Assembly: GCA_045837725.1 (NCBI GenBank)
Contig: JBEWZL010000145.1
Span: 496,001 to 559,690 of the forward strand
DNA from: Vermamoeba vermiformis
Taxonomy: Eukaryota
DNA length: 63,690 nt
Direction: 5' to 3'
Shown here: piece by piece, positions 1-12,990 of the stretch
Numbering within the stretch: the stretch's first letter is position 1
How the letters are laid out: the number at the start of each line of letters is the position of its first letter
The notes under the pieces: model-generated
Told to the model about the DNA's origin: nothing
The model's database searches: none
Seen by the model: the letters and a program-made list of their open reading frames with translations, nothing else
Made by a program: the position numbers and the translations under genes

Positions 1-3000
1 AATCGCTTCTTACTTCTTCGCCTTCATGCGACCACCAATACTTGATCGGCTTGCCAATGTCGTTCTTCAACGTGTACGGATTGAACGATTGGCGCTTGCT
101 CTGCACTAACTTGTTCTTCTTGCCTGCGTCAAGTGACTTGTTCAAGAAGTCTTCTTGGACTAACGCGAAAGTTGTGAACAACAAGTCAATGAAGGACTTG
201 GTCAAGTTCATATTCAACATCTCGTCAGATGTGATGTTAATGGAGCTCTGTCCGCGGTAGTTCTCGTATTCTAATTCAATGCTCCAGGGCTCAATGACAG
301 GTTCATAAGCTGACAAGTCATTGTTGTACGCGTCAATGAGCAGCGTGGCAATCTTAGAATAGAACTCCATCTTGCCGATTGTGTAGTTGGTCATAATGCT
401 TTCAAGATCATTCAACTCCATTTTCAACAAAGGTGACGTGAATCCTTCAAACTTGTCGTTCAATAAGCTGAACGAAAAACCACCAATGTTCAACACCATC
501 TGAAGGCGTATTAGTTAGGTATAATTCTATTGATTGAGTCGACGTACCGTCATTGTAACTTTGTTATCGCTGGGCGGAGCAAGGCCTTGTTTGGCCAACT
601 GTTCGCGCTCAGCATCTTCATCGTCTTTCGTCTCAACAGCCAAAATTACGCGTTGTCCCTTCTCAAGTCCACCGGGAGGAATTGGAATTTCAGTGATTTC
701 TTCGACCTTCTTTTCAGCGTTTGCTGCCTCTTCTTTCTTGGCTTGAGCGAGAGCAGCTGTTGCAGGCTCTGTTTTAAAATCATCCAAGAGCGGCTTCCAC
801 GACTCGTAAGCTTGTAAAGCGAACTTAATATCACTGTACGAAATAATGGTGTCGATGGGGCTGATGTTAATCGCGATTCTACGACCGTTCTCAGCGTTGG
901 CTGCCATGTTCAGTGAAATGTTGAAGGGCTGAATGAGCGGCATTTGGTTCGAGATTGTGTGAGACTAAACGAGAGCGGTAAGCACAACATTAGAACGGAA
1001 TAATAGTCACGTACATCTGACTTGAGGCGGCAGAAGTTAGCGTCAAATTGAGTCAGTTGCAAGTCAATCTGTTGCTCGCTACCGCGTGTCACCATGCGCA
1101 CGCGTGAGTCGCCCAAATGAAGCACGAAAGCGCTGCTCTCGGCCATTGTAGGGTTTTCGAGCACGCAAAGTTCGGGTGACTTTAATAGGACAATCAAGTC
1201 CATGACGCTGTTTTGCTGCTGAATTTTCTTGGTCTCTTCAGCCTCGATTTGTTGAATCCTGTCCATCTTTTGTACAGCGGCTATGGAGAGAGTCAGTAAT
1301 CTCCTTATTTAAACTAATATACGTACGATTAGCCTTTTCGGTTGCTTCTTTCCATTTGGCCAAAGACCTGGTCATGTTGTCAAGCCACGGTAACATGTAT
1401 CGCTTGACAGCCAGCAATGAGTCCGGCAACAAGTAGATACGAGGGCGGTACAGCTCTACATTGATGCCCATGCGGTTGTCTTTCGGATTAGACTCGTAGT
1501 GCACCGAGACCTGACTCTGTTCGGCCTCAGTGTTATCGATCGGGACAGGCGTCAGCAAAGTCTTAAAAAAAAGAGTTAGACGAGTACCAATAAGCAAGTG
1601 AGACTTACATTGAACGTCAAAGACGACTCAGCACGTTTGTCGTACAACACGATAGACTGAAGATTCAATTTCAGCTTCATTTGGCCATCGTTGTACATGT
1701 CCAAATCGTTCGTCAAGCCGTTGATCGCGAAGTTAGCAATGGCCGTTGAATTTCCTTGTTCATCAATGCCATCAGCTTTCAACACTGTCAATGAGACCTG
1801 TGCCAAAGACGCGACGACACGGGTATTGACCCAAGCATTCTTTTCTTCAACACCAACAGCCAATTCATTGTTATTGTTCGGTGCTGCGAGCTCTTTGTTA
1901 GCAGTAGGTTGTGCCCCTTGGTCTTGTTGGCTCGTGTCAAGGCCTGATGCCTCGAGCACTGATTGAAGCTCAGCGACATCAGGTGCTGGCAGCTCGCTCA
2001 TGTTGCCAGTTAAGATGCCAAAAATGAGCTCACTTTGGGACTCGCTGAGTAGAAGTTCAATCTCGGTGACTTCAGCCAGTAAATCAATATCGGGCACAAG
2101 ATGTGTCTCGTTGTGAGCAATGGCTCGCTTCAACACAACTTTGATGTTCGTGTCTTTGATGACTTGGGTGGATATTTCTTTTTGCAAGGTGACGGATCCA
2201 AAGTCTATACAGTGTTAGTAGGACAAAAAAAAGAAGGTTGAATATACGTACTTGAAATAGCCTTCAATTGCGAGACCATGACAGAGATTTGGTCGATTTC
2301 AACGTGCTCGTGCATAACGAACTTGTTCGAGAGTGAAATTTTACCCAAATCGAGCAATAAGTGGTCTTTCGATTTGGACGATCTCGGCACCAAGATGAAA
2401 GGATTAGACACGTCAATGTCGAGCTTGATCTTTTGTTGACCAGCTGCTTGAATTCCTGAAGCCACTGCGGCTGCGAGAGCTGCAGTTGCCGCGCTTAGGA
2501 GCTCACGCATCTTGCTAAAACCACTAAAAAGGCGTTAGTAGCCGCGTTGTTGAAGGAATAAAGGGGCGTACCTGAAGAATTCAGCAAGTTCTTTGACGAT
2601 CTTGTTGGTGAAAACGAATCGCAGCGCACCGAGCTCGACCTTCAAAGCAATATCCCAGCCAGGATAAGCAGGTGATTTGTCATTGAACTTCTCAAAAGTG
2701 TAGTGAACAACGCGGTCTTGTTCGATGGATACGATCGTGGTCCACAAACCATCGCCAGATGATGTCACGTTAAGTTTGCCGACGTAACCCTAAGCGCAAA
2801 GTCAACACATGCCATTAAATAATCTAATCGAAAGGCTACTTACGTCAATCTTAATGTCACCGATCTGCTTGACATCAACATCAACACCAGCGTTCTTGAC
2901 TGTTGCCATTAAGAAGAGCGACTTGTCCTTCATTAAGTTCACTTCAGCTGACTTCATCACCACGCGCACTTTGGCCACTGAGTTGTGCACAGCTTCCAAG

Positions 3001-6000
3001 CTTGAGAAATCGATCTTTTCTGGCTGGTCTTCAGGCTCTTCGACGATAGCTTCGAGTGCCTTTTGAGCATTGGGTTGGACAGCAGGTTTGTTTTGTGCAC
3101 TGTTGTCACCCATAGCCGATAATATCTCATTGACAAGGAGAATCGTTTGAGCGACCACTGCTCTGTTGAAATTGATACGCAAGCTGCCCAAGTGAACAGC
3201 AACTTTGTGATCAACACCATTGTAGAGCGGTGAAGGCTTGGGATTTGAATCGAGTCTGACGGACAGTGAGTCTTCCGAGGACTCTGCAAAGAAGTCAATG
3301 ATCGGGCCAGCGGAGCTGTCGAGCAAGAATTGTCGCAGTTGGAGCGCGAGACTCAAGCCAGCTGATGTTTGAATAATGCCAGTGCGAATAGTTCTGAGTG
3401 ACAACTAGAATCGCAACGTTGGTCAATAACGATTGTAATTAAACTCGAACTACGTACCGTAATAAATGGCATTCGTTTCATCTTTTTGGTGAAATCGTTC
3501 ATCTTGAGCTGTTCAATGTTCAACACCGCTTCGTTAATCTCAAAATCGAGTTCCAAATTCTTTTGCACGACAGTGTTTTTAACCTCATTAGTATTGTTCA
3601 AGTTGGGTCTAGAAAAAGATTGGGTTAATCTGCTCAATCTGCTTATAGATCGACGTCTCGAGCCTCGTTGTTGCTTCATTTGGTCCCTTTAAAATAATTG
3701 TCATTACTTTTCTTGGAAAGTTAAGAAACTACTGCTGCTTACATCTTTAGTCTTTCGCTAAGGTTCTTTGGGTAAGTCATTGAACCAACAGGAGTGTAGT
3801 AAGGTGAAGAACTCGTGGAAATATTACTAGCACCACTGAGTTGCTTTTCCAACTCTTCTTTCTTGGGTGCTTCAACTGGCTTGGGTTCAGGCGCACCCAA
3901 ATTTCTCAGCACGGAGAAAAGATCTTGAACTTTGTCTTGCGACACGAATAATTGCAACGAAGGAAGTTTTCCAGAGAACCTACAATCATGTTAATTGTGT
4001 GTTAAGCGGCTTTTGACACATTCGTCACATACTTGACTTTCGGCAATTCAGGAGCAGGCACGTTGCAGACTTTGAGTGTCATATTCACGTCAAACTTGTT
4101 CACTAACTGCATCTTTGCAACCTTCTTGGGTTTCTATTGAATCATTAGAAACACTAAATTACACAACTAATTTACATCCCGCACTTACCAAGACCTTCAA
4201 GTTGGTCCATTGAGTGTCGTCTTCAGCAATCAAAGCATGCAAGCCAGTCAAGTTCAACTTGAATGTATCGTAAAAATACTCTTCTCCGACTGACACGTCC
4301 ATTCCCTCCCTATTCCAATAATGTTAGGCTTCTCCTCGTCTAAATTTCCAATGTAAGTAGCGTACTTGTATTCTACTGCTTTGTCACGGGCGTGAGGATC
4401 AGATGTGATGATCACGCGACCAAAGTCGAGCACGATGGAAGGCTTTTTCTCAGTGAAGCTCTGAGGCACGACGACAGTAGGAGCGAACATGTCCAAGTTG
4501 AGAAGAACAGTTTTCTTTTGCTCTAAGGCGTACTTGAGCTGCGCTTGTGCACGCTTTGTGATGCTGTCGAGTCGATTAGAAGCCGCAACACCAATGTCTT
4601 GGAGCGCGCTTGATTCGGCCTTGTTGGCAAAGAATTCAACTGCAAGAAGTTAGACACAGAAGAACATCGCATTCATCGTTTTGCTTACCAATTTTATCGA
4701 TGAGCGGTCTGCTGAACTTGAGGAGGATTGGCTGAGTCTTCATTTTGACGCGCAAGTCAACGGGTGGATTAGCATCCAACGGCTTGACATCGACATTAAT
4801 CTGCAAGATCTCAGAGCGCTTGTGTTGATCACTAGACTCGATTTCGACTACTTTTTTCTTCTTTTGAGGCGCGTGACCAACAAGTGGTGTCTCGGCAATG
4901 TGCGGTGTTAAGATGTCAAGCTCTGTTCCTTTCAACGTATGGTAATCGCTAATGTGGAACGACTCGATTTTAAGTCCCAACTACAGGCATGTTAATAGTC
5001 GTTCCTAATACGAGTGTAAGGTACGTACCGAGTTCGAGTCTTCACGGAGAGTAAAATCGATGTTGAAACCTTCCATTGCAGCACGAGCGATGACTGGCTG
5101 AGTACCTTTAAACTCACGCAGCTCAAATGAACCCTTTTGCACGAGCACGAAGACTTTAGTTTTCTCGTACTATTATTAACACAAAAAGTTAGCGGGAGTA
5201 CACAGGGGACAGCATTTCAAATTATTTACCTCTTTTGGATAAACTGTCTTAGAGTCTTCTTCCGTCTTTTCCGTGTATCCGACAGCATTATAGACTTCTT
5301 TCCAGACGTCTTCGTCACGGACTTCTTCGACTTCAGTGGTTTGTTGCTTCGATCCGCCTCCGAAAAATCGACCGAAAAATCCTTTGCTTTGCTGGGTCTT
5401 GCTTTCAATCTCTTTTTCTTTCATTGCAATAGTATTTGCGATTTTACGGAAAATCACCAAATTGTCGTAAGAAACCTCGGTCTCTAATCTCTCCAACTCA
5501 GCTTTTTCGTCTTTGGTGAGCTACGAAAAAAAATGTAAGAAATCTCGTGGCTTGAATTAATTGCAATGGCATACCTTCTCTTCGCCGAGCTTCTTTTTCT
5601 TCTTGTACAAGTTGATGTAAGCCTGTCTGTATCGCTTGATCTGCGAGATGTGCTCCCACGACCATGTCTTGCGTTTCTCTTTAATATCATGCAAGACACT
5701 ACTCAACGCGAATCTCCATCGAGTTTTGGCTGTGACTTCTTTTTCTTCGTTTGAGGCTTTGAATTTCAAATACTGAACAGAACGTTAGTTACAATACATT
5801 GAAATAATAATTGCCGTACCTTTACACCCTTGGCATAGTTGTTGAAATAGTCCAAGGTCGAAATAAGTCCTCGGTATTGCTCAGCATTGAGACTGAGCGA
5901 AAGCGAGTTCAAATCAAAGTCCAAAATCATTCGGGGGCGCTCAATATCGAACGTGCCTCTGTCAATCTTTGCCTTTAAGAAACCAGAGATCGGCTCAACG

Positions 6001-7365
6001 ATATAATGATTGTTAGGTGCTGGTTTTGCTTCTTGATAAATAAGCTCGTCCATTTGTTGAACTAGCTGTTCAATGGTATCGTACTTGATAATAGTTGAGG
6101 CATCGGGAAACACGTTCCAATAAATGCCAAAACTCTTCAATGTGACCAACTATAAACAAATAGTCAATTATATGCAATACTATAATATACAGGCTTCGTG
6201 TAGCTATACCTTATGAACGATTTCTTGACCGACATTCAAAAAAGTTGGTCGCCAATCTCCATCTGTAGATTGAGCATGAAGATGTTCAATAGTAATACCA
6301 AATGCGAATGGAACGCTATATGAAGTTTGATCTTCATAACGAATGTGGATCTTATCGATGAAGATCTGTAAGTTGTCAACAACTTTCATTACTAAGCGCG
6401 ACACAAATCCATCATCCTTCTTTTTATCTTTTGAGTTTTCGAGTTCTTTCTTTGACGCCTCGGTATCTAAATTAGAAGAGATTACATACTGCGTAATACA
6501 GAGGTCGTAAAGTTCTCTTGTACCTTGATCCGGTTTGTCATAACCCAATAGCTCTGCTAATTGAAGTCTCTTTTTCTTCGTCGCGAGTGCGCGTTGTTCT
6601 TCGTCGGCTGCGCTCGACTACAAATATATGTATTAGATCGCGATTCAGCTTAAGGCAAAGTTTTTAAATCGATTAATCAACTCAGTTCTGCTTACGCTTG
6701 TCCTTTGCTTTGGACCGACTAATAAAAATATATTTTCTAATTTAACGATGGCTGGCTTGCTTCCCAAGCTTGACCAAGGAATCTGAAGCTGGATCTTGCC
6801 GATCAGACCTACAACAAATTTAACATGAGTATTAAGCGATCAAATTTATAAGTATGCTAATTATTGGATTAAAGATCGTAAGAAAGGATTTAACAAAATT
6901 GATATGTTACAATAATATTTTGACACATCTAGATAATATTAATGTCCAGTAACGAACATCCTTGCCGAGAAAGCATTAAATTTGTTTTTAATTTGCGACA
7001 AAAGGCATAATATTGACATTTTCGAAGGAAAAGTTTATCGCTAAAAAATACGAAGTCGATCTCCATTTACTCAGCAACAAAATATTAGAATAAATTCATA
7101 AGGATTACCTTCATTGACTGTCACTGGCAATTCAATATCTTGTAGTGCGCTTTTCTTAAATCTGAGATTATTTAATACGACATCTCCTTTGCTCACGTTC
7201 AATGAGAGATTTTCAGAATCTAGGCCTATAATAATTAGTTAATATACTGCCCCGTTATTCAAGGTAATATTACGGCGATCTGCTGATCAGATCTCGCTTA
7301 CCTTCAACGTATTCTCCCAAATAATTGGTGAGAATCTTAGAGGCGATCTTTTCTAGAAAAGACAT
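1..7365 (-). CDS. VPS13: VPS13-family bridge-like lipid transfer protein, multi-exon, 3' end runs off the window start
   Basis: Spliced N-terminus MSFLEKIASKILTNYLGEYVE/GLDSENLSLNVSKGDVVLNNLRFKKSAL...LIGKIQLQIPWSSLGSKP, then VVDNLQIFIDKIHIRYED and RWRFAL (Chorein-N). Later APTVVVP..LDFG and NPFILVP..LLDLG repeats. Confidence 0.95.
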
Positions 7366-7585
7366 GCTTGGTGATGTTGTTATAGCGCACGGACAAAAAG
7401 AAACAGTCCTCTTTTAGGCTAAATATAGCGCGACCAAAAAATATGACAGTGCAACGATAGATCGCAAGAGTTTAGGAATTACAACAAGTTTTCAATAATG
7501 AAACGCTAGCTCTATTTATGGCGCAAATTACAAAGGATTTTATTTAAACATGGGCCGTTCTTACACGGTTGGGTTGTAGGCAATA

Positions 7586-9064
7586 TTATTTAACAGGAGA
7601 GAAAGGGTTCTGGGAAGCGTTGGGCATTGTTGGGTTCAATTTGTTATTGGTTTGAGGTGCGGCAGTGGTATTGGACAAGCCAAGGTTATTCATCATGGCA
7701 GTCATTTGGTTGACGGGTTGGGCTTGTTGTTGGCCTTGGAGGGGTTGTTGACCTTGAAGGGGTTGTTGTTGTGGTTGGATTTGTTGAGGCATTTGAGGCT
7801 GGCCCATGTTCGGCATCATGAATTGGTTTTGACCCATGTTGCCGAAGTTGGGGGTGGGCGTCGGTGTCGGTGTCATGTTAGGCATAGGCGTTTGACCCCA
7901 TGCCCATGCCCATGCCCATTTGTCGCTGCATTTGAAGCAATTGGTACATTTGGAACAACTGTTGCAACTGCACGGGGTTAATGCCCAACATTTGGCTGAG
8001 CTGTTGTGGCGTGAACATCTGCAACATCTGTTGCATTGCCATCGGATCCATGTTCATCATGCCCATGGGGTTGGCCATAGGAGCTTGGTTATCGAGCACG
8101 AGAGGCTGTGCTTGGTTGGTGTTGGTCACTGCACCAGCTGTAACTTGGTTGTTCATCGGGGCAGTGGCGACGCTTTGGTGAGCTGAGTAGCCATCAGACT
8201 GACGCAGCAACATGTTGTGCAACATCATCAAGATGGTTTTCTCAGTGTCCGCACGATAAGCCTGTTGCAAGGCTGTGTAGTTCTCTAAGAACCAGATGTT
8301 GTCACTCGGCATCCAGTTGAAGATCGCCTTGGTTTCAGCCTCGCGAATGTTAATATCAGGATGCGCCTTCTTAGTGATAACGATGAATGGTCGAACACCT
8401 ATGCAATAAGCAATTGATTAGACTCAGGAAATGTGAACACGAAAATTGCAAATCCGAAAAGTACCTCGAACCGTCGCCACTTCAGAAAGGCCTTGATAGT
8501 AGTCGTACCAGTTAGGATCTTGTGCAAATCGAAGAGGGTCGACAACTAACCAACAAAAGTCAAGTCGGTTGTTGGCATCTGAGTTGCCCTTGTCACTCAT
8601 CGCGCCAGTAGTCATGGCAGATCGTGACTTCCAACCGGCAATAATTTTTTCTAACCATTCTTTATGCTCTTTACATGAAATAAATATTAGAACAACGTTG
8701 CATTACGATTTTTCGTTTTCGACTTTCGAAAAATTAAATAATTAGATCAAAAACACGTACCTTGCTTAGAATAATTTGCACCAACGGAGTCAAATACTGT
8801 AATATTCGCTGGAAGCTTATGTTCACGATAAAAGTTGGTGGTTTGCTTCATTGAGTTAAAATTTCCTTTTTCTGCTACGAATCCATAGGCGTCCTCTGTC
8901 AATACACGGTAAACGGTATTAATGAGTGAACTTTTGCCGGAGTTTCTTTCTCCAATAATGGCCAATTTCACTTCATTTCTATTTTGTAAAATACGCCGTC
9001 TCAACTCCTTTTCAGCATTCGCTGGATCGCCAGGAACGGCAGCTTGCATCTGTTGATTTCCCAT
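7586..9064 (-). CDS. IFI44-like P-loop GTPase with Q/M/P-rich low-complexity tail; apparent +1 frameshift at 7896-7899
   Basis: MGNQQ start; GERNSGKSSLINTV (G1), FDSVG (G3), NRLDFCWLVVD, PFIVITK, SDNIWFLENY..ILMMLHNML follow the IFI44-family motif order. Confidence 0.7.
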
Positions 9065-9739
9065 TGCTATTACTTTTAATAATACAAAGTGGTTTGTTGC
9101 TCCTCCCTTGTTGAAATAAAAAAATACAAAGTAGTAAAACGGAAAAAACGCAATAAACTCGTTTTGGGCCAAATTCTCTCGCAAAATAACACAACTTCTG
9201 CGTCTTATTTTTTTTCGAAGTTAGCGAGCAGTCAATTTTACTTGCGATTTTTCGGAAACCACAATCAAACTTATCGATACTCTCGGTAAATATCGCTGCA
9301 AGCTCTAGCGAGTTCATTCTCAGCTTTGTAATCATTATTTCAAAATGAATATTCTGGTATCGCTAGGTAAATACAAAATATGGTTATTTACTCGAGAAAA
9401 TATCTAGATATTTATCGCTGAATTTTATAGACCAATGTCGAGCCATTACAGACTGGCTGACGCAGATGGGTGCAGTCAGCTTAGTAATGCCTTTTCAGAA
9501 GCGGTTTTGTCCTATCGCCCTCAATGATAGTAAGTACTTTTTTTGCAAATGAACTTTACGTTTCGCTCGTCAATCATGGTTTGCAGTAAATCTCAACCAA
9601 AAGATCCAACTTTCTTCGATCTTCAATTTTTATTCTGTTAAATTTATCGATAGAATAAAATTAATTATTTGTCATTATATTGCAATATGGCAAACATAGT
9701 TTCGATGCTAAAAGGATTTTCTATTTTTTAGCTTTTCAG

Positions 9740-11238
9740 ATGGACTTTAGACGGTTACAACAACAGCTAAATATGCAACAAATGGATACAAATACAAACC
9801 AAAATACGTCAATGCTTACAGATAGTGCAGAAAACATAACACCACCGCAGACGAATATTTTTGAACATAACGTCTTTTCCCCACAAAGCTCGCCTTCAGC
9901 TCAACACCAACCCGTTTCCATGATGCCCACTGAACATTTAGCTACAGCAGGTAATATTTTGTGCATTCAATTAAATTTTAAGGCGAGTTTTAACGTTGAT
10001 CTCGTCGCCACCGAAAATTTGAAACTCTTTTGCTAATTCTGCTCTGGCTAGATATTGTACAAAGTGTTAATGAAGCACTTCCCGCGACACAAGACCTCGA
10101 AGGCGTGCAAAACAAAGTTGAAATTAAACAGATGAATAATAGATTTTGGGAGCCTATTGAAAACACCTTATCGAAGGGTCAACCCGCCAAGTTGACAGTC
10201 TATGGTATTCCTGCCGTCACTACAGAGAAGGAACTTACCCTTGAAATCTGTCGGTCATCTGAGTTATTCAATCGAGGGCAAAATGCCGTCAAACCGAGCT
10301 TGAACCAAGGTGACAAAGCCACACTAGAATCAAAAAGGTAAGCCTTTAAAGTATATGATACGTTAGCCTCGCGTTCTAACTCGTGCCTTCTCGTAGCTGG
10401 AAATACGAGCGAGAGATTCAAGAGCATCCTTTCAGAATCAACGTCGTGTCAACCGACCCTGATATTTTGGTCAGTCAAGCCCCGCGATATAAGGCCGTCA
10501 AGAGCTACATTACTAAAGACGGTCAAACGATGTTAACCATTGAGTTTGGTGTCAAATTAGAAGGCAATTCAGAACAGAACAGCGATTCACTAGTGGTCTC
10601 TGTGCTGCGGAAGAACGGCATTAAGAGAATTTTCTCAAAGAGTTTCGAGATCGATACTTACAGAAAGTCACAACGACCCGCCAAGAAGGCCAAGCGCGGC
10701 AACGGCTTGCTGAGCTCGAAAGACAGCAATGAGGACCTGGACATTATTCCCTCAAATAATACCAACGTCAACAATGCCTTCGGTGCCACGAGCCCGCGAG
10801 CTCAACACAACATCCCTCATACCCCTGGCCCTTACGCTCAAATGGCCTCACAACACGCGATGTTGTCGCCGCTGAGTCCTCCTCTACTTGAAGTCAAACA
10901 AGAGTTCAGTAAGTAGTGCACACTATCAGTATTTGCCAACGAACTAACAATCTGTGTGCAGCTCAAGATCAGTTCCAATACATCTACGAAGGTCAGGCTG
11001 GCAACACTCCTAACTTGGTGCGTGCCATGTCCACCGATAATGGTGAACTCCAACCGGTTTCTTCACCTTCTGCTTACTTGCTCGATGACAGTGGAGGCGA
11101 TGGAGGTGAACGAGGCAATGTGGTAAGTAAATTACGCGAACAAAAACCCGTACAACAGTTTGCTAACGTCTGACTTGTCAGGGAGGCGACATCGTTGATA
11201 TTTTGTTGGGTGACCCCGGCAACTATTTCGACGAATAA
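9740..11238 (+). CDS. Hypothetical spliced protein with Q-rich N-terminus, beta-rich central domain and NLS-like RPAKKAKR; possible transcription factor
   Basis: ORFs 9680, 10030, 10383 and 10916 are joined by GT-AG introns; acidic C-terminus ending YFDE*. Confidence 0.6.
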
Positions 11239-11591
11239 GCGACGACTGCTACTCTGTATAACACTGCGATAGATTATTAATGTAAATATTACAACGGCAA
11301 GCTACGACTTGGCCCAAACAACCATCACAACCCAAAATTTTGCGCCAACAACTGTACAAAATAACAAAACAGCTATCAAATGTTAAATAGAAAACTGCCA
11401 ACTCAATGCCTTGTTTATATAAGCCATTATTATTATAATAAAGTAAAAGTCAAAAGAAAAAGTCAAACTGGATGTCGCGAGAAAAGTCATTGCTCTTAGC
11501 AATAACTTAGTTAATTTACATTACACCCGTGGGTGCTTATTTTAAAATACAAGTTTGTTTTCGAAAAACGCAAAATTGAAAACAAGATCCA

Positions 11592-12346
11592 TTACAAGCC
11601 GAAAAGATCCCAAAATTGGCTGTCGATGAACCTTGCTTCTAGTTCTTTGATATTTCTGGCCGTGATCGCGCCAAACAGGCCTTTGAATAGAAGATAGAGT
11701 GCTACTCTCCAGTCCAAGGCGTAAGATATGAAACTGCGCCCAAGATCGAGCAAGTTCTGCTTCAGATCGCCTTCCATGAAGAAGGAATAAAAGTCTTGTT
11801 GGAAGACTGATGCTGTAGTCAAGCTTGCTGAGACTAAGCGCGAGGCTTGACCTTCAAGATAGTGGATCCGATCGTTAAATGCTTGCAAGACAGGTTGAGC
11901 TGTCACGAGCTTGCTCTTCCAATCCCGATTGAAGAAAGAGGCCGCATTATTATTCGCAGCAAGGAAGATGATGTGAAGGTTGCCTAAATACGAAAAATTT
12001 TAGTCCTGACCCCGTTTACGCAATTACGAATTTCGAAAATTTGGAGAATCCGTTACTTACTTAATTGACTAGGCTCTTCGATCTCAGGGAAATCGCCATC
12101 GACTCCAAATAATACAGGTGAAATTGAAGGCTGCTTTACGCAAACAAGCCAGCAATTAGCCTCATCTCGGGAAAGGGAGTTGAGCGATTTAATTTCGTCT
12201 TTTGAATAGTGATAATGAACACTAAATTCTTCTGGTTCTCCAATTAATTGGTTGAGTTGTTTAACGCCATTAGCATGGCCAAAAATATGAAGTGGCTTGT
12301 CCGCCACAGATGCGATAGCTAACCGTACTGCTTCTGGGATGCCCAT
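11592..12346 (-). CDS. Hypothetical protein, two exons
   Basis: ORF 12053-12346 and ORF 11592-11906 are separated by a GTAAGT...TAG intron. Confidence 0.6.
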
Positions 12347-12990
12347 TGTTGTTGATTGTTGTAATTTACATTAATGTCTTGTGGTATTGGTTCGGCTAGA
12401 ATCTACTAATAGTAATTTTTTTCGTGTTCTCATATTTAATCTCAATCGACCCACGTGTTCAGTTCAAGCTTTCGGAGCGCAAAAACGAAAATTAGGTACT
12501 TTTAGCGATAGCCGAAAGATAATAATAGAAAACGGAATTCGATCAACGCTCCCGGGGAATTAGTAATTGCGATTGCCAATTTCCCTTTTTATTTTCGAGG
12601 CCTCTTTTTCCCTAATCCGTTGCCATCTACCTCCTTGGATCCCAGTTGCCATTTATTTATGTGCTACCTTGCGGAGAAAGGCTCTACAGATTAAAGAGCG
12701 AGGTACGCGGCAAGTTAATAGATTTTTTATTTATTTCTTTTTGGTTTTGCAGTTTAATCTTCGATTCTTGATACAAGCTCTTTAATTTTTAATTTATATT
12801 TAATTTATATTAAATTTTGGATTGAAGTGTTGGTTCGTTCGGGTCCCGAACACATCCAAAGCACGTGCTGCTGGTGCAAAATCTGTTGTTGTGGTTGCTG
12901 GCTGCAGTTAACCTATTTCAAAATACGTGTGATTAACACATATGAAATAACTGTAGTTCGCTTTCGAAACTGTAAAATAATCGTCGCAAC

